Origin: Candidatus Sumerlaeaceae bacterium
GTDB lineage: Bacteria > Sumerlaeota > Sumerlaeia > Sumerlaeales > Sumerlaeaceae
DNA: 64,000 bases
Direction of reading: 5' to 3'
Assembly (NCBI GenBank): GCA_051003195.1
Contig: JBPCLP010000013.1
Span: 88,366-152,365, forward strand
Part shown: one piece after another, positions 1-10,562 of the stretch
Layout: the number at the start of each line of letters is the position of its first letter
Numbering within the stretch: the stretch's first letter is position 1
The notes under the pieces: generated by a model
What the model saw: only the letters and a program-made list of their open reading frames with translations
What the model was told of the DNA's origin: nothing
The model's database searches: none
Program-made: the position numbers and the translations under genes

Positions 1-1061
1 GGTTTTTGTGTTAGAACCTGCGTTTTGATTTCAGGTGTTGCGGCAAGGGCCACATCCCTCTGTAGGTTCTGCATATCAGAAATCACAGGATCGATCGGTC
101 GGCCTTTTTTCCTGACAGACTTCCCGGTGGATGGCTTCCAGTTCGCCGCCGCCAGGTTCGGCCCGCCAAGCTGGTCGACTTTCTGCGCACTCGCGGGCAG
201 ATTCAGACGAAACGTCGCATCCGGCAGGTCGACGTTTACCTTCCATGCGAAATCCACTTCCAGCCGCGAGTCCGCTCCGGACTGCCCGGCGGCAGGCGGC
301 AGCGTCTGTGCTGTATACAGATGAACAGGAACGGCCGCCGGACCCATCGCAACCCACAGTTCGGTGTTCACTCCGCCCTGAAGTGGCACAAGTAGATGAT
401 AACAGGGCACTCCATAAAGCTCTTCAGGCTGCATTGCGGTCGGTGTCCCTGACATCACCTCCGCAAGTTTGGCGGGAGTCAGATCCGCCGAAAGCAGCGC
501 GGCCGTAAGCTGGCCGAACGGGGATACCATCGGTGAGAGTCGATCATCTACCGTGTCGTCCGCCCCAAGAGCAGTTACAGTGTATTTGCTCAGAGATGGC
601 AGGTAAAGCGTACAGTTCCTGCCATCGATTGCCATCGCGTTGGAGCCCGACTCGCCCTGTGTCGTCCACACCACGCGGTCTGGCCGGCGCAGCCATACGC
701 GCGAGCGGCTGGAATTGGTGCGTTCCATGCCGGAAATAGTAAGTGTGGAGGTGCAGGTCAGCTCTGTGTAGAAGGCTTTCTGTGCCTGCAGATAATGTAT
801 GCATGATTCGAGCACCTGCACTGCGTCCAACGTCTGCATTTGAGGAGCAGCAGACGATGCCAACACGCCGGGTGGCGGGGGAAGTGGGGCGGCTGCATGC
901 ACTGGCTGTTGCTCGGAATACGTAACGCGATTCGCGGCGGGCGTCGAGACTGGCAGTTCAACCTGCGCTGAGATCAACCCGGTGAGCATAAGAAACGGCA
1001 GCGCGAGCGAAGCAAGGTGCTTACTTTGGACAACGGTTCTGCGGGGGCGGGCCATACTCAT
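1..1061 (-). CDS. Secreted DUF2092/LolA-like protein, truncated by the window edge
   Basis: Manual translation (not in the ORF track because it has no stop in the window): MSMARPRR...LALPFLMLTGLISAQ signal peptide, then AVQVLESCIHYLQAQKAF, WLRRPDRV, IDGRNCTLYLP, GVPCYHL, TELWV and WKVNVDLPDATFRLNLP, the pattern I associate with DUF2092. Confidence 0.75.
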   Translation of the reverse strand, partial: MSMARPRRTVVQSKHLASLALPFLMLTGLISAQVELPVSTPAANRVTYSEQQPVHAAAPLPPPPGVLASSAAPQMQTLDAVQVLESCIHYLQAQKAFYTELTCTSTLTISGMERTNSSRSRVWLRRPDRVVWTTQGESGSNAMAIDGRNCTLYLPSLSKYTVTALGADDTVDDRLSPMVSPFGQLTAALLSADLTPAKLAEVMSGTPTAMQPEELYGVPCYHLLVPLQGGVNTELWVAMGPAAVPVHLYTAQTLPPAAGQSGADSRLEVDFAWKVNVDLPDATFRLNLPASAQKVDQLGGPNLAAANWKPSTGKSVRKKGRPIDPVISDMQNLQRDVALAATPEIKTQVLTQK

Positions 1062-1117
1062 CAGGTGCTAGTACCATGACACCCCGAAGTGCGTTCGCAA
1101 GTGGAAGTCTACGGGCC

Positions 1118-1948
1118 TTATGGAGCCAGGTGCTGTCCAAGGGTGTCGAGTACAGTCACGTGGTCGGCTCCCGGTATTTCATGCAGCTTAATCATGGACT
1201 TATGTGCGGTCGCGAGCTCACGGCTCATTCGTACCGGGATGATCGGATCGGCATCTCCGTGAAGTATTCTAACTTCTGGAGGAGATGGACGTGCGGCGAG
1301 TGCGGCGAGCCGTTTCTCGTTATTGTAATTATGCGTAAGTACATTTGCCAGCACAGGCCCGACGACTTCGCGTGCCATCGACTGCATGGAGGTAAATGGC
1401 GCAGCCAGGACCGCACGCCGGATCGGATGCCGAACAGCGAACTGCAGTGCCACGGCTGCCCCGAGCGAATGCCCCGCAATATTTAAATCGCCCTCGAGGT
1501 CCTGCGGTGTACAATGCAACCACGATGCGAGAGCAGCGAGTGCAGCTTCGCTGCTTTCCTCGATACTTCCGGGTGAAGCCGCTCCCTCGCATTTTCCGTA
1601 TCCAGGATAATCGATCAGCAGGAAAGCAGCTGCGGGATCAGGTGCCTCTTTGACAATGTCCGACCAGAACAACGCAAGAGATCCATTGCCTCCAAAAAAC
1701 AACCACAACCGGGCAGGCGCACTTGTAACATCGTCAGTATTCCTTGGTGGCACATAGAACGCCGTCTGTTTTCCGCACGCTGTCGTGTAATCGATCTCCA
1801 CGCCACGTTCAGGAATAAGCCGCTTATAATCCGGATGATACGGGCGCGGGTGATAAATCAGCTTCGCCTGAAAGAAAAACAGGAAAAGCCCCAACACGAG
1901 TAAGGCGATGGCCGTAATTTTGATTACTGACAGGAGCAGGCTGAACAT
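1118..1948 (-). CDS. Alpha/beta hydrolase with N-terminal membrane anchor
   Basis: FGGNG, DYPGYG, nucleophile elbow GHSLG, LHGDAD and GADH. Start moved to ATG 1948 to avoid overlap with the AAA gene. Confidence 0.88.
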   Translation of the reverse strand: MFSLLLSVIKITAIALLVLGLFLFFFQAKLIYHPRPYHPDYKRLIPERGVEIDYTTACGKQTAFYVPPRNTDDVTSAPARLWLFFGGNGSLALFWSDIVKEAPDPAAAFLLIDYPGYGKCEGAASPGSIEESSEAALAALASWLHCTPQDLEGDLNIAGHSLGAAVALQFAVRHPIRRAVLAAPFTSMQSMAREVVGPVLANVLTHNYNNEKRLAALAARPSPPEVRILHGDADPIIPVRMSRELATAHKSMIKLHEIPGADHVTVLDTLGQHLAP

Positions 1949-1985
1949 TCGTTTTCTCACGGCACAGGCAGACTGTTGGGTGAAG

Positions 1986-3791
1986 TCAGCCGGAGGGTTT
2001 CTGGAGCAACTCGCACAGCCGGATAAAGTCGTAAAGGTATAGTCGAATACGTTCTGCGTCGTCGCTCTTGCTCGGGTATGCGCCAAGGTACTGTTGCGCC
2101 CCAAAAATTGCCGAGGAGTCGAAGCGGTTGCTCGCTTCGAGTATTTTTAAATACAGCTGTTCCTTTTCGTCGTCAATGTCATCGGCCCGTTCCAGCGATT
2201 GCTGCACGTCGGTAAGTGAGCTCGCATTTACGGTACGCCCAAGCGACCACATCCGGCGATCGTTGATCGACTTTCGCAGCGTACGTGAAAGCGGTACAAG
2301 GCGCGTAAGAGCATAGAGCAGGTCGGATGTCTCAATCTCTGGTTTTTTGCCGTATGCATTGAACATTGCTTCCACGACTACCTGCTCAATTTCAGCACCC
2401 GAATAGCCTTCGCTCGCTTCCGCGAGATGATCCAGGTCAAAATCAGCTGGCTTGCGGCTGCGTTTCGAGAGGTGGATGGCGAAAATATCACGCCGCTCCG
2501 ACTCTGCCGGAAGATCGACAAAGAAGATTTCATCGAAGCGCCCCTTGCGAAGAACTTCGGCGGGAAGCCGCTCAATGTCGTTAGCTGTCGCGACGACGAA
2601 AACCGGCGCCGTTTTTTCCTGGAGCCAGGTGAGCAGCGTACCAAACAGCCGTGCCGTGGTGCCGCCATCTGTCGAATCCGAGGAGCCCACTCCGCTGAGA
2701 CCTTTTTCAAGCTCATCTACCCAGAGCACGACAGGAGCGATGGTCTCCGCAATAGACAGCGCACGGCGAATATTGCTTTCCGTCTCGCCCACCATCTTTG
2801 AGAAGAGACGGCCAATGTCCAGCCGCACAAGCGGACGGCCCAGCTCGTTCGCGGTCGCTTTAGCGGCAAGGCTTTTGCCGCAGCCCTGCACGCCCACCAG
2901 CAGCACTCCTCGCGGTGGCGGAAGCCCGAAACGTATCGCCTGCGGATCCATGGCGGTTCGCCGTTTCGCGATCCATGCCTTGAGATGGTCGAGACCCCCC
3001 ACGGCAGAGAGATTATCATTTGTATCGATGTACTCCAGCAGGCCGGATTTCCGAATGATCTGTTGCTTTTCCGCATAAACGAGCGGAGCCTGCTCGGCAC
3101 CCAGGCGTTGCGCCTGCACGAGCGTTTTGGCGAAAACATTTTCGGCTTCATTGATCGTAAGGCCGACCGATGCATCCAGGATCGCTTCGAGTGAGTCTTC
3201 GTCCAGGTCTACTCTCAGGCTCCGGTTCTCCGCGACATCCGAGGCAATCTGGCGCACGAGATCTTCGAGTTCCGCGCGGTCCGGCAGCGGGAAATCGACA
3301 ATCGTAATGTCCTTTTCGAGTTCTTCCGGCAGGCGTAGCAGCGGCGAAATAATAACTGCGGTCGAAAGCGTTGTACGCAGCAGGCTCGCCAGGTCCCGCA
3401 GGCGGCGTTTCACTTCGCTGTTCTGCATGAAATCATGAAAGTCGCGCAGAACGAAAATAGATGGTTCCGGCGTGGCGAGGATCTCCTTTAGCGCGATCAG
3501 GGGATCCTTCGTGTCACGCCGACCCTCGGCTCGTCCTTCCAGCGCGGCCCGGTAGCGCGAGAGGCCGTTGCTGATCGTCCAGTCGAACATCTTTTTCCCG
3601 AGCGACTCCGCTATGCGGTGAATCTCTGCCAGCGCACGCTCCTCCTCCCAGCTGACGACGTACAGCAGCGGGTATCGCGCACGCACAAGCGTCTCAATAG
3701 CAGAGGCCGCGGCAGAGCGCTTGCGCGCAGGTGCAGCCGGGGCGCGATCGGGCGGCTGCGCACCGCGCGGATGCGGTCTAGCGATAGTCAC
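1986..3791 (-). CDS. Ycf46-like AAA+ ATPase
   Basis: [17 protein letters not shown]-terminus, Walker A GVQGCGKS, Walker B LWVDELEK, second region of homology [15 protein letters not shown]. Confidence 0.9.
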   Translation of the reverse strand: MTIARPHPRGAQPPDRAPAAPARKRSAAASAIETLVRARYPLLYVVSWEEERALAEIHRIAESLGKKMFDWTISNGLSRYRAALEGRAEGRRDTKDPLIALKEILATPEPSIFVLRDFHDFMQNSEVKRRLRDLASLLRTTLSTAVIISPLLRLPEELEKDITIVDFPLPDRAELEDLVRQIASDVAENRSLRVDLDEDSLEAILDASVGLTINEAENVFAKTLVQAQRLGAEQAPLVYAEKQQIIRKSGLLEYIDTNDNLSAVGGLDHLKAWIAKRRTAMDPQAIRFGLPPPRGVLLVGVQGCGKSLAAKATANELGRPLVRLDIGRLFSKMVGETESNIRRALSIAETIAPVVLWVDELEKGLSGVGSSDSTDGGTTARLFGTLLTWLQEKTAPVFVVATANDIERLPAEVLRKGRFDEIFFVDLPAESERRDIFAIHLSKRSRKPADFDLDHLAEASEGYSGAEIEQVVVEAMFNAYGKKPEIETSDLLYALTRLVPLSRTLRKSINDRRMWSLGRTVNASSLTDVQQSLERADDIDDEKEQLYLKILEASNRFDSSAIFGAQQYLGAYPSKSDDAERIRLYLYDFIRLCELLQKPSG

Positions 3792-3872
3792 GAAGCTTCA
3801 GTACCACGGTCTTCGCAGAATGGTCAAGCGCTCGTGCAGTTTAAAGTGCAACAGCGGCATCACTGACTGGCG

Positions 3873-4841
3873 TCAGTCACTCCACACAGGCGCGTTTGGA
3901 TCAGGTTCGTGGGTCTGGTGCTGGATGCTGATGTGAGTCACACCGGGAAATGCCCGGCGAAGGGCGTTGTCCACGCGCTGCTCAATCTCCGCAGTTTCAC
4001 CGGCAGTGAGATGTTCGTCTACTACGACGTGGAGGTCCAGGTGAATGTCATTAAGTGTGCCGTGACTCCGGATCGCGTGGGCATTCAGCACTCCTCCGAC
4101 GCTTTGCGCCACGTGGCGCACTTCACCCGGCTCCAGACGGCGTCGCTCTGTGAACGCATTAATATTATCGTCGAGGATATGCCGGGCGGCAGCGAGTAAA
4201 AAACCGACAACCCCGAGCGCCAGGAGCGGATCGACCCACCACGCGAAGCGGCCCACCAGCAGTGAAAGCAGGCCCATCCCGGAGACCAGCGCATCGGAGT
4301 TCGTGTGCGCGGCATCCGCTGAAAGCAAGGCGCTCGAAAGGCTCCGGCCAGCGCGGCGCTCGTACCATGCAACTACGAGGTTGATTATCAGCGAGGCCGC
4401 AATCAGCCACACAAAAAGCCAGTCGATCGCAGCAGTGCCCGGCCTGGTCGTTGGACTGGCCGAATGATTCAGCACACTGTGAAAAATCTGCTGCAGAATC
4501 TCCCAGGCGAGCAACATGACAAGTCCGCCAATGAGCATCGCCGCGAGACTTTCGATTTTGCGATGGCCATAAGGATGTTCTTCATCCGGCGGCTGGGACG
4601 CCTGCCGCATGGCCACCATCGCGACCACGTTATTTGCACCATCCAGCAGGCTGTGAAAACCGTCCGCCAATACCGTCGTGTGTCCGCTCATAGCGCCAAC
4701 TACGATCTTAAGACCTGCCAGCAACCAGTTGACCGCGAGAGTGACGCACAGGACGCGCATGATTCCACCTGCTCGCAAAATTTCGGATTGCGGCAGTAGT
4801 TGTGGATCCGGTGAGCTGGTATTCTGGAGAGTATGGTTCAA
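3873..4841 (-). CDS. Cation diffusion facilitator (FieF-like) transporter
   Basis: ADGFHSLLD, HPYGHRKIE and ADAAHTNSD motifs with about six TM helices. Start uncertain (TTG 4841 or ATG 4760). Confidence 0.9.
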   Translation of the reverse strand: MNHTLQNTSSPDPQLLPQSEILRAGGIMRVLCVTLAVNWLLAGLKIVVGAMSGHTTVLADGFHSLLDGANNVVAMVAMRQASQPPDEEHPYGHRKIESLAAMLIGGLVMLLAWEILQQIFHSVLNHSASPTTRPGTAAIDWLFVWLIAASLIINLVVAWYERRAGRSLSSALLSADAAHTNSDALVSGMGLLSLLVGRFAWWVDPLLALGVVGFLLAAARHILDDNINAFTERRRLEPGEVRHVAQSVGGVLNAHAIRSHGTLNDIHLDLHVVVDEHLTAGETAEIEQRVDNALRRAFPGVTHISIQHQTHEPDPNAPVWSD

Positions 4842-5023
4842 TACGGGGCTCTTGAGTAGATTGACACTATCGACTGGAAAGTGGAAAATGCGCTGCCAGC
4901 GCGCTTCCGCCTCTTGGAAGACTGCTACGACTGCACGGTATTTGCTCTTTTTACTGGCGAACGGGCGATCAGCGCTTTCGAAAAGCGCATGAGCGAACGA
5001 ACCTGAACAGGAAAGACCGAGAC

Positions 5024-5824
5024 ATGAGACAATTAAACACCGCGAGAAAAACTGCCGGTAAGGCAATGTTCATAGCACTGGGTGTTGTGGCTGCAATTAT
5101 AGTTCTTTTGTTAATCCTTGTGTCGTGGGGTGTCGGGGTCAACAATAACCTCGTACGGCTGAACCAGGCCGCCGATGCGCAATGGGCGACCGTGCAGGCG
5201 CAATACCAGCGTCGGCTGGACCTGATTCCGAATCTCGTCGCGACCGTAAAAGGGGCAGCAGCGCAGGAGTTGCAACTGGTAGTGGGTGCAGTCCGCGAGC
5301 GCGCCAAGGCTACGCAAATCCAGGTCAATCCTTCCGACCCGGCACAGTTTAAACAATTCCAGGACACGCAGGCCCAATTGTCGGGAGCTCTCAGTCGGCT
5401 CCTTGTAACCGTGGAACGTTATCCGGAAATTAAAACGAACCAGAATTTTCTGGAGTTACAGTCACAGATCGAAGGTACTGAAAACAGGATTTCCGTAGAG
5501 CGCAAACGCTACAACGAGACGGTGCAGGCGTATAACAACGCGGTGCTCGTGTTCCCGGGTTCCTTGATCGCGTCCTTCCGCAACTTCAAGCAGCGTCCAT
5601 ACTTTACGGCAGACGTAGAAGCACAAAGCGCCCCGAAGGTCGACTTCGGTGCTTCGCCCGGCGGTACGGTACCGCCCGCAGGCGGACAAAGTGCCGCACC
5701 GGCTGCAGCGCCAACAACAGCTGAGCAGGTGCCTCCTCCTCCGGCGGCACCCTCACCCACCAAAGCCTTGCCACCCGAGGGCGCAATGCTCATGAAGTCC
5801 CCCGCTCTATCCGCGGCGGCTTAA
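5024..5824 (+). CDS. lemA: LemA family protein
   Basis: QYQRRLDLIPNLVATVKG, ERYPEIKTNQNFLELQSQIEGTENRI and FPG motifs, plus a Pro/Ala-rich tail. Start may be ATG 5066. Confidence 0.93.
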   Translation: MRQLNTARKTAGKAMFIALGVVAAIIVLLLILVSWGVGVNNNLVRLNQAADAQWATVQAQYQRRLDLIPNLVATVKGAAAQELQLVVGAVRERAKATQIQVNPSDPAQFKQFQDTQAQLSGALSRLLVTVERYPEIKTNQNFLELQSQIEGTENRISVERKRYNETVQAYNNAVLVFPGSLIASFRNFKQRPYFTADVEAQSAPKVDFGASPGGTVPPAGGQSAAPAAAPTTAEQVPPPPAAPSPTKALPPEGAMLMKSPALSAAA

Positions 5825-5826
5825 GC

Positions 5827-6294
5827 ATGCTCCAAACGATAGCCGGCAATCGTCAGTACACGCTGGCTGAAGTGCTCGGGCGCGGACGTTCAGAGATGAT
5901 CGCTGACGCGGTGCACGATGCGGAATCGTGTACCAGCGGCGAGATTGTCGTGCAAATTGAGCAGGAACTGCCGCCAGGAGTTAGCGCGCGAGATGCCGCA
6001 GTCGCCCAGTTTCAACGGCAGGGGATCGCAAATACCAAACTGAACAATGGCATACTGCTGTTTATCGCGCTCGACGAGCGAAAGATCGAGCTTGTGGCAG
6101 ACAGCGGCATTTCCAGTAGGATCGGACAGGAACAGTGGGATTTCGTCGTGCAGATAATCAGCCTTGGATTTCGCACGGGTTTTCCGGCGGAGAGCATTGT
6201 GATGGCGCTCGCCGCAATGGGCGACCTGCTGGGCTGCCATTTCCCGTGGCAGCCAGGCGACGTGAACGAACTGCCCGATAGTCCGAACCGATGA
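5827..6294 (+). CDS. TPM (DUF477) domain protein
   Basis: AESCTSGEIVV, NNGILLFI, ADSGI and DVNELPD motifs; typical LemA neighbour. Confidence 0.88.
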   Translation: MLQTIAGNRQYTLAEVLGRGRSEMIADAVHDAESCTSGEIVVQIEQELPPGVSARDAAVAQFQRQGIANTKLNNGILLFIALDERKIELVADSGISSRIGQEQWDFVVQIISLGFRTGFPAESIVMALAAMGDLLGCHFPWQPGDVNELPDSPNR

Positions 6295-7079
6295 TCCTTT
6301 TGGCCAGCCGCTGCAGCACCGTTCGGATCATTTGCCTGGTGGCTCTAATGCTGTCGGCGATAACCGCCACAGCCCTGGACGTGCCGCCTTTCAATCCCGA
6401 GCACAAAGAAGTAACGGACCTCACCGGGACTCTGAAGCCGGCAGAAGTAAGCGCGCTGGTGAGCAAGATACAGGCGGTCCAGGCGAGCGACGGTACACAG
6501 ATTTCCGTCCTGCTTATACCAACCCTGGACGGTGATGAGATCTTCGACTTCACGCAACGAGTGGCCACCACCTGGAAAATTGGCCAGAGCAAAATCGACA
6601 ACGGCGTTCTGTTTCTCATCGTGAAGAACGACAAAAAGGCCCGTATCCATGTTGGCTATGGGCTTGAAGGGCGGCTGACCGACGCATTGAGCAAACGCAT
6701 TCTGCTGAACGAGGTGCAGCCGGAGTTCCGCTCTGGTCGCTTTTACCAGGGAATCGATCGCGCTGTCACTGCCATCATCCAGGCAGTGAAGGGCGAGTAT
6801 ACCGCGCCCGCGAAAAAGAGCACCGGAAAGAGCAGCGACGCCGGCTTCTGGGTCATGCTGGCCATTCTTGCGTTCTTGTGGATGAGCGGAATGCGCATGT
6901 CACGTCGGGGTTCCCGCCGCAGGCGGCGCGCATACGGCGGCTTTTACTTTCCGACGTTGGGCAGCGGCGGCGGTGGCGGCTGGAGCAGTGGAGGCGGCGG
7001 TGGCTGGAGCAGCGGGGGTGGTGGCGGAGGCTTCGGCGGCGGCGATTTCGGTGGAGGCGGCGCCAGTGGCGACTGGTGA
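6291..7079 (+). CDS. TPM domain protein (YgcG-like) with Gly-rich tail
   Basis: Signal peptide, WKIGQSKIDNGVLF, VGYGLEGRLTD, TM helix and GGGDFGGGGASGDW ending. Confidence 0.9.
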   Translation: MILLASRCSTVRIICLVALMLSAITATALDVPPFNPEHKEVTDLTGTLKPAEVSALVSKIQAVQASDGTQISVLLIPTLDGDEIFDFTQRVATTWKIGQSKIDNGVLFLIVKNDKKARIHVGYGLEGRLTDALSKRILLNEVQPEFRSGRFYQGIDRAVTAIIQAVKGEYTAPAKKSTGKSSDAGFWVMLAILAFLWMSGMRMSRRGSRRRRRAYGGFYFPTLGSGGGGGWSSGGGGGWSSGGGGGGFGGGDFGGGGASGDW

Positions 7080-7113
7080 ATGCGTGCCCATGCCCCCCGG
7101 CAGGGTCACACTT

Positions 7114-8448
7114 CTATTGCAGTTTACTCGCCATGTTCAGGCACTCGATCGCAGCCTGACGTATGATCGACAGTTTCTGTAAATCGCTGATCTCTGGATG
7201 AATGTACGGGTTGCGAAAGTGCTGCAGGCTCACAAGCAATTCCGCAAATCGTATGACTTCTGCCTCGGTGTCCAGACCCTTGAGACCCAGCGGGTTGTGA
7301 ACTTTGACCGTACGCGCTTGTTTCTGCCATTGGTAGGTACGTCCAAACGCGATAATCATAATCCCCAGCGCCTTTAAGCCGTCCGGCTTATAGCGGCTCT
7401 GGTGTTCAAGAATGCGGCGCAGCGTCTGTTTAACGTTATCGATCGTGAAATCCATCTCCCTGCCACGCAACAACAGCAGCAGGTGCTGGTGGTAAAAAAC
7501 GGAAAGACTCTGATTGTTGTTCTCCATCATCTCCATAACAAGCATGGAGGTCTGCTCATGTGCCAGGAACCGCTGCAGGCGTTTCGCCATCCTCGCCTTC
7601 ACTTCGTTCTCGACCGCGAAACAATACGAAAACCCAACGTTGCGCGAAAAGTCGATCGAGCCCGGGATTTTCTGCTGCTGGTCGTAAAGAAATTCTGCGA
7701 TCCGCAGACTCTCTTTCGAATCCTCAGTGAACGTATCATATGCCGGAATTTCGCGACGTAATTCCGTCTCAACGGCTTCGAGATTTTTAGGCTCGGCTGC
7801 AGTTGCCTGCGCGTCAGGTCGCGATTCCGTAGATTTATTCGCCAGGGCTTCTGCTTGCTTGCGTGCTTCTTCCTGGCCAGCGCGTTCGTTTATCTGGTCA
7901 TATAGATCAAAGGCCTCGCGGCGCAGGTAGGGGTGCATCTCCGGCTGCGCGAGCAGCGACCTTAACTCCTCCACCGAAGTCTTTGGGTCCGCGTTTTCAT
8001 CGGAGAGCAGTGTTCTGGCTCGCTGCACCACGGAGTCATACACGCGGTTTCGTTCCAATTCCGCCCTGCAGGTGTCGATTGCCTGGTAAAGGCGATCGAT
8101 TTCATCCTCGATCCTGCTTTTGCTGAGCACAGCACTCGCCCCGTACCGCTGCGCCAGCGCGCCTTCCTCGAAGGTGCCAACCGCGCTGATCATGATAATA
8201 GGTGTTAACGGGCTGGAAGTCTTGATCGACTTGATCAGCTCCAGGCCCTCCGTCTCGGTACGCATTTGCAGGTCTGTGATCACGACATCCGGCGTAGTTT
8301 CATTGACCTTCTGCAGTGCTTCCTGTGTATCCTCCGCCTCTTCCACTGCGTAATTCTGCAGCAGCAGATTGCGCCGGAAAGCTTCGCGGTAGATACGATT
8401 GTCGTCTACGATCAGAACGCGCGCACTTGTGCCTGGACTCTCTGGCAT
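7114..8448 (-). CDS. Response regulator: REC domain plus C-terminal HEPN-like domain
   Basis: Intact receiver residues (VDD, ITDLQM, ISA, LSK). C-terminal DFS...YCFAVENEV and FRNPYIH motifs; no HTH visible. Confidence 0.8.
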   Translation of the reverse strand: MPESPGTSARVLIVDDNRIYREAFRRNLLLQNYAVEEAEDTQEALQKVNETTPDVVITDLQMRTETEGLELIKSIKTSSPLTPIIMISAVGTFEEGALAQRYGASAVLSKSRIEDEIDRLYQAIDTCRAELERNRVYDSVVQRARTLLSDENADPKTSVEELRSLLAQPEMHPYLRREAFDLYDQINERAGQEEARKQAEALANKSTESRPDAQATAAEPKNLEAVETELRREIPAYDTFTEDSKESLRIAEFLYDQQQKIPGSIDFSRNVGFSYCFAVENEVKARMAKRLQRFLAHEQTSMLVMEMMENNNQSLSVFYHQHLLLLLRGREMDFTIDNVKQTLRRILEHQSRYKPDGLKALGIMIIAFGRTYQWQKQARTVKVHNPLGLKGLDTEAEVIRFAELLVSLQHFRNPYIHPEISDLQKLSIIRQAAIECLNMASKLQ

Positions 8449-8549
8449 CTAAACCGTATCTCTATTGGCACAAATCATAGCTAATCAAAGTGCCAGCTGT
8501 TTGCCGATTGCGACTACAAAATAACAGCAAGCAATCGCGCCGCACCCTT

Positions 8550-10508
8550 TCACCCAACTTTGGCCTCCGAACGCTCCATGCTACGCAACAGCAGGGTGAA
8601 TCGCGCACCGCCTTCAGGCAGGTTTTCCGCCACTACACCACCATCATGAAAGTCCGTCATAATCGTGTGCACCCAGCTTAACCCCAGCCCTTCACTCGAC
8701 TCGCTCTTCGTCGAATAACCGTATTCGAAAATAGCCTGCAGTTCCGCAGGAGCAAGCAGCCGGTTTTCGCTGTCGCGGATACCCGGTCCATTATCTTCGA
8801 CGTCAATCCGATAGAGCTGTGCCGCAGAATCGAACCTCGTACGCACGATGACGACCGCCTGGGGGTTCTCAACCGCCGACGCCCTGCGAAGTGCGTCCAG
8901 CGCATTGGTCAGCACGTTGAATAACGCCAGCTTCAACAATCGCGGCTCTATAATCGGCGCTGGCATTTGCGTGTCCAATTCGCGCCGTATGGAAACTCGC
9001 GCCGACACCGCCGGTTCAAATGCCGCCAGGAATTCCTCGATGACCGACTTCAGGTCGCGCCGTTCAAATTGCGGTCGTTTGACGTTGCTGAATGAGCGGT
9101 AAATGTTCACGATTTCCTGCAGGAACCTTGTGTTCTCTAACAGGCCGTGGATTGCCTGGCGCAGGAGTTCGCCTCTGGCTGTGTCGGGCTCCTGCGAAGG
9201 CGCATCCAGCAAACGCCGAACCGCCATCAGATCCAGTTTGCTCGTCGCGATGATGTTCGTGAGATCGTGCCCCAGGTTGCGCGACAGTACGATATTAGCT
9301 TCGCTGCGCTGGCGGAAGATGCCCTGACGGTACGCCTTATACGCCAGAAAACCGCGGCGAATTACGATACATGCCCGTCGCAGGCCCTCAGCCCGATTTT
9401 TCATACCCGGTAATTCCTGGTCTAACATTCCTGTGATCAGCAGAAAGCTGCCTGTCGAAAGCGGAGCGAAATAGGTGAAACCCGCGCCTGACGAGTTATG
9501 CTCGAACTGCCCGTCTTCCTCAACCGACTGGAGCTTCTGGGAAGACAGAAATGGTTTTATTTGCGTCAGCAGTTCCGCATCCTTTACCGGCTCTGTTTGC
9601 GCAACGGGAGAAAAACTCTCAGTCACAGCAGATTGCTCATCCGAAATGGCGATTTCGGCGGCAGCAATTCTGCCCACGCCGAAAGCTTCCGCGGCAATCC
9701 GTAGCGCCTCCGCTACCGCCGCTGCGCGATCTTCCGCCTGCCCCTCTACGTCCGGGCGTGTGGGCGCGCTTAGTTTCTCTTCGATGAGGTGCAGCAGCGC
9801 CCGCGTCGCGAGCTGGTTGTATGCCGACTCTAGGTGCGCCCGCGCTTTAAGGATCAATCGCGGTGGGGTCTCGCGCGAGCGTTCGAGGTGCCGCGTTACA
9901 TTTCGCACCGGCCGCAGCAGGTTCTGGTAAAGGAACGCGTACACCGCGGCCCACAATGCCACAATCAAAAAGGCAAGCCACCGGAACCGGCTCGTGAGCT
10001 GCTCAATCGGCGGGTAATTTGACGGGGAAGTATAGTAGCCTATGAGCAGGCCCCGCTGCGAGGATTGGGGATCACTGACACCCTGTGAAATGCGGCCTGT
10101 AAAATCACGCAGAAACAGGCTGTTGTGCCACGTATTGAAACGGTTTACTTTCGCTGAGTTGTCCGCTTGCGCCACGATTACGTCCGTTGCGTCACGTAGC
10201 TCCATTCGAAACATGCTGGACGGACCAGTGACAATCCCACCCAGAGTTTTTTGCAGGCTCGCCAGCGCTGCCACGCGCTCTGCGGGTGTGGTGCCAAACA
10301 AGGCCGCATTTGCGGTCGTATTAATATCCGGCAGATCGAAAATACGGTAATAGTTGTACCGAATGATCTCAAGCTTTTTGCTGGTATAAACCTGCCGATC
10401 GAGAACATACAACACCATCAACAGGGTCAGGAAGTACATGACCGTGCCCGTCGCCACGATGCCGATCGGGCGCATTACCCGCCGAGCTTTGGTTGTTGAA
10501 TCCGCCAT
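8550..10508 (-). CDS. Membrane-bound sensor histidine kinase
   Basis: Two TM helices, H-box RNLGHDLTNII, N-box NVLTNALDA, G1 DNGPGI, F/G2 IFEYGYSTK...GLGL. Confidence 0.92.
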   Translation of the reverse strand: MADSTTKARRVMRPIGIVATGTVMYFLTLLMVLYVLDRQVYTSKKLEIIRYNYYRIFDLPDINTTANAALFGTTPAERVAALASLQKTLGGIVTGPSSMFRMELRDATDVIVAQADNSAKVNRFNTWHNSLFLRDFTGRISQGVSDPQSSQRGLLIGYYTSPSNYPPIEQLTSRFRWLAFLIVALWAAVYAFLYQNLLRPVRNVTRHLERSRETPPRLILKARAHLESAYNQLATRALLHLIEEKLSAPTRPDVEGQAEDRAAAVAEALRIAAEAFGVGRIAAAEIAISDEQSAVTESFSPVAQTEPVKDAELLTQIKPFLSSQKLQSVEEDGQFEHNSSGAGFTYFAPLSTGSFLLITGMLDQELPGMKNRAEGLRRACIVIRRGFLAYKAYRQGIFRQRSEANIVLSRNLGHDLTNIIATSKLDLMAVRRLLDAPSQEPDTARGELLRQAIHGLLENTRFLQEIVNIYRSFSNVKRPQFERRDLKSVIEEFLAAFEPAVSARVSIRRELDTQMPAPIIEPRLLKLALFNVLTNALDALRRASAVENPQAVVIVRTRFDSAAQLYRIDVEDNGPGIRDSENRLLAPAELQAIFEYGYSTKSESSEGLGLSWVHTIMTDFHDGGVVAENLPEGGARFTLLLRSMERSEAKVG

Positions 10509-10562
10509 TTGAAGTGAATGCCTTACGAGCCTTACTTAAACCATTCTAGAGAATTGGTGGGA

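Noticed and set aside
544..804. ORF containing ADLHLHTYY, resembling a PHP-domain motif (possible pseudogene)
   Set aside because: It is an alternative frame of the intact DUF2092-like gene on the same strand, and the rest of the PHP motifs are absent.
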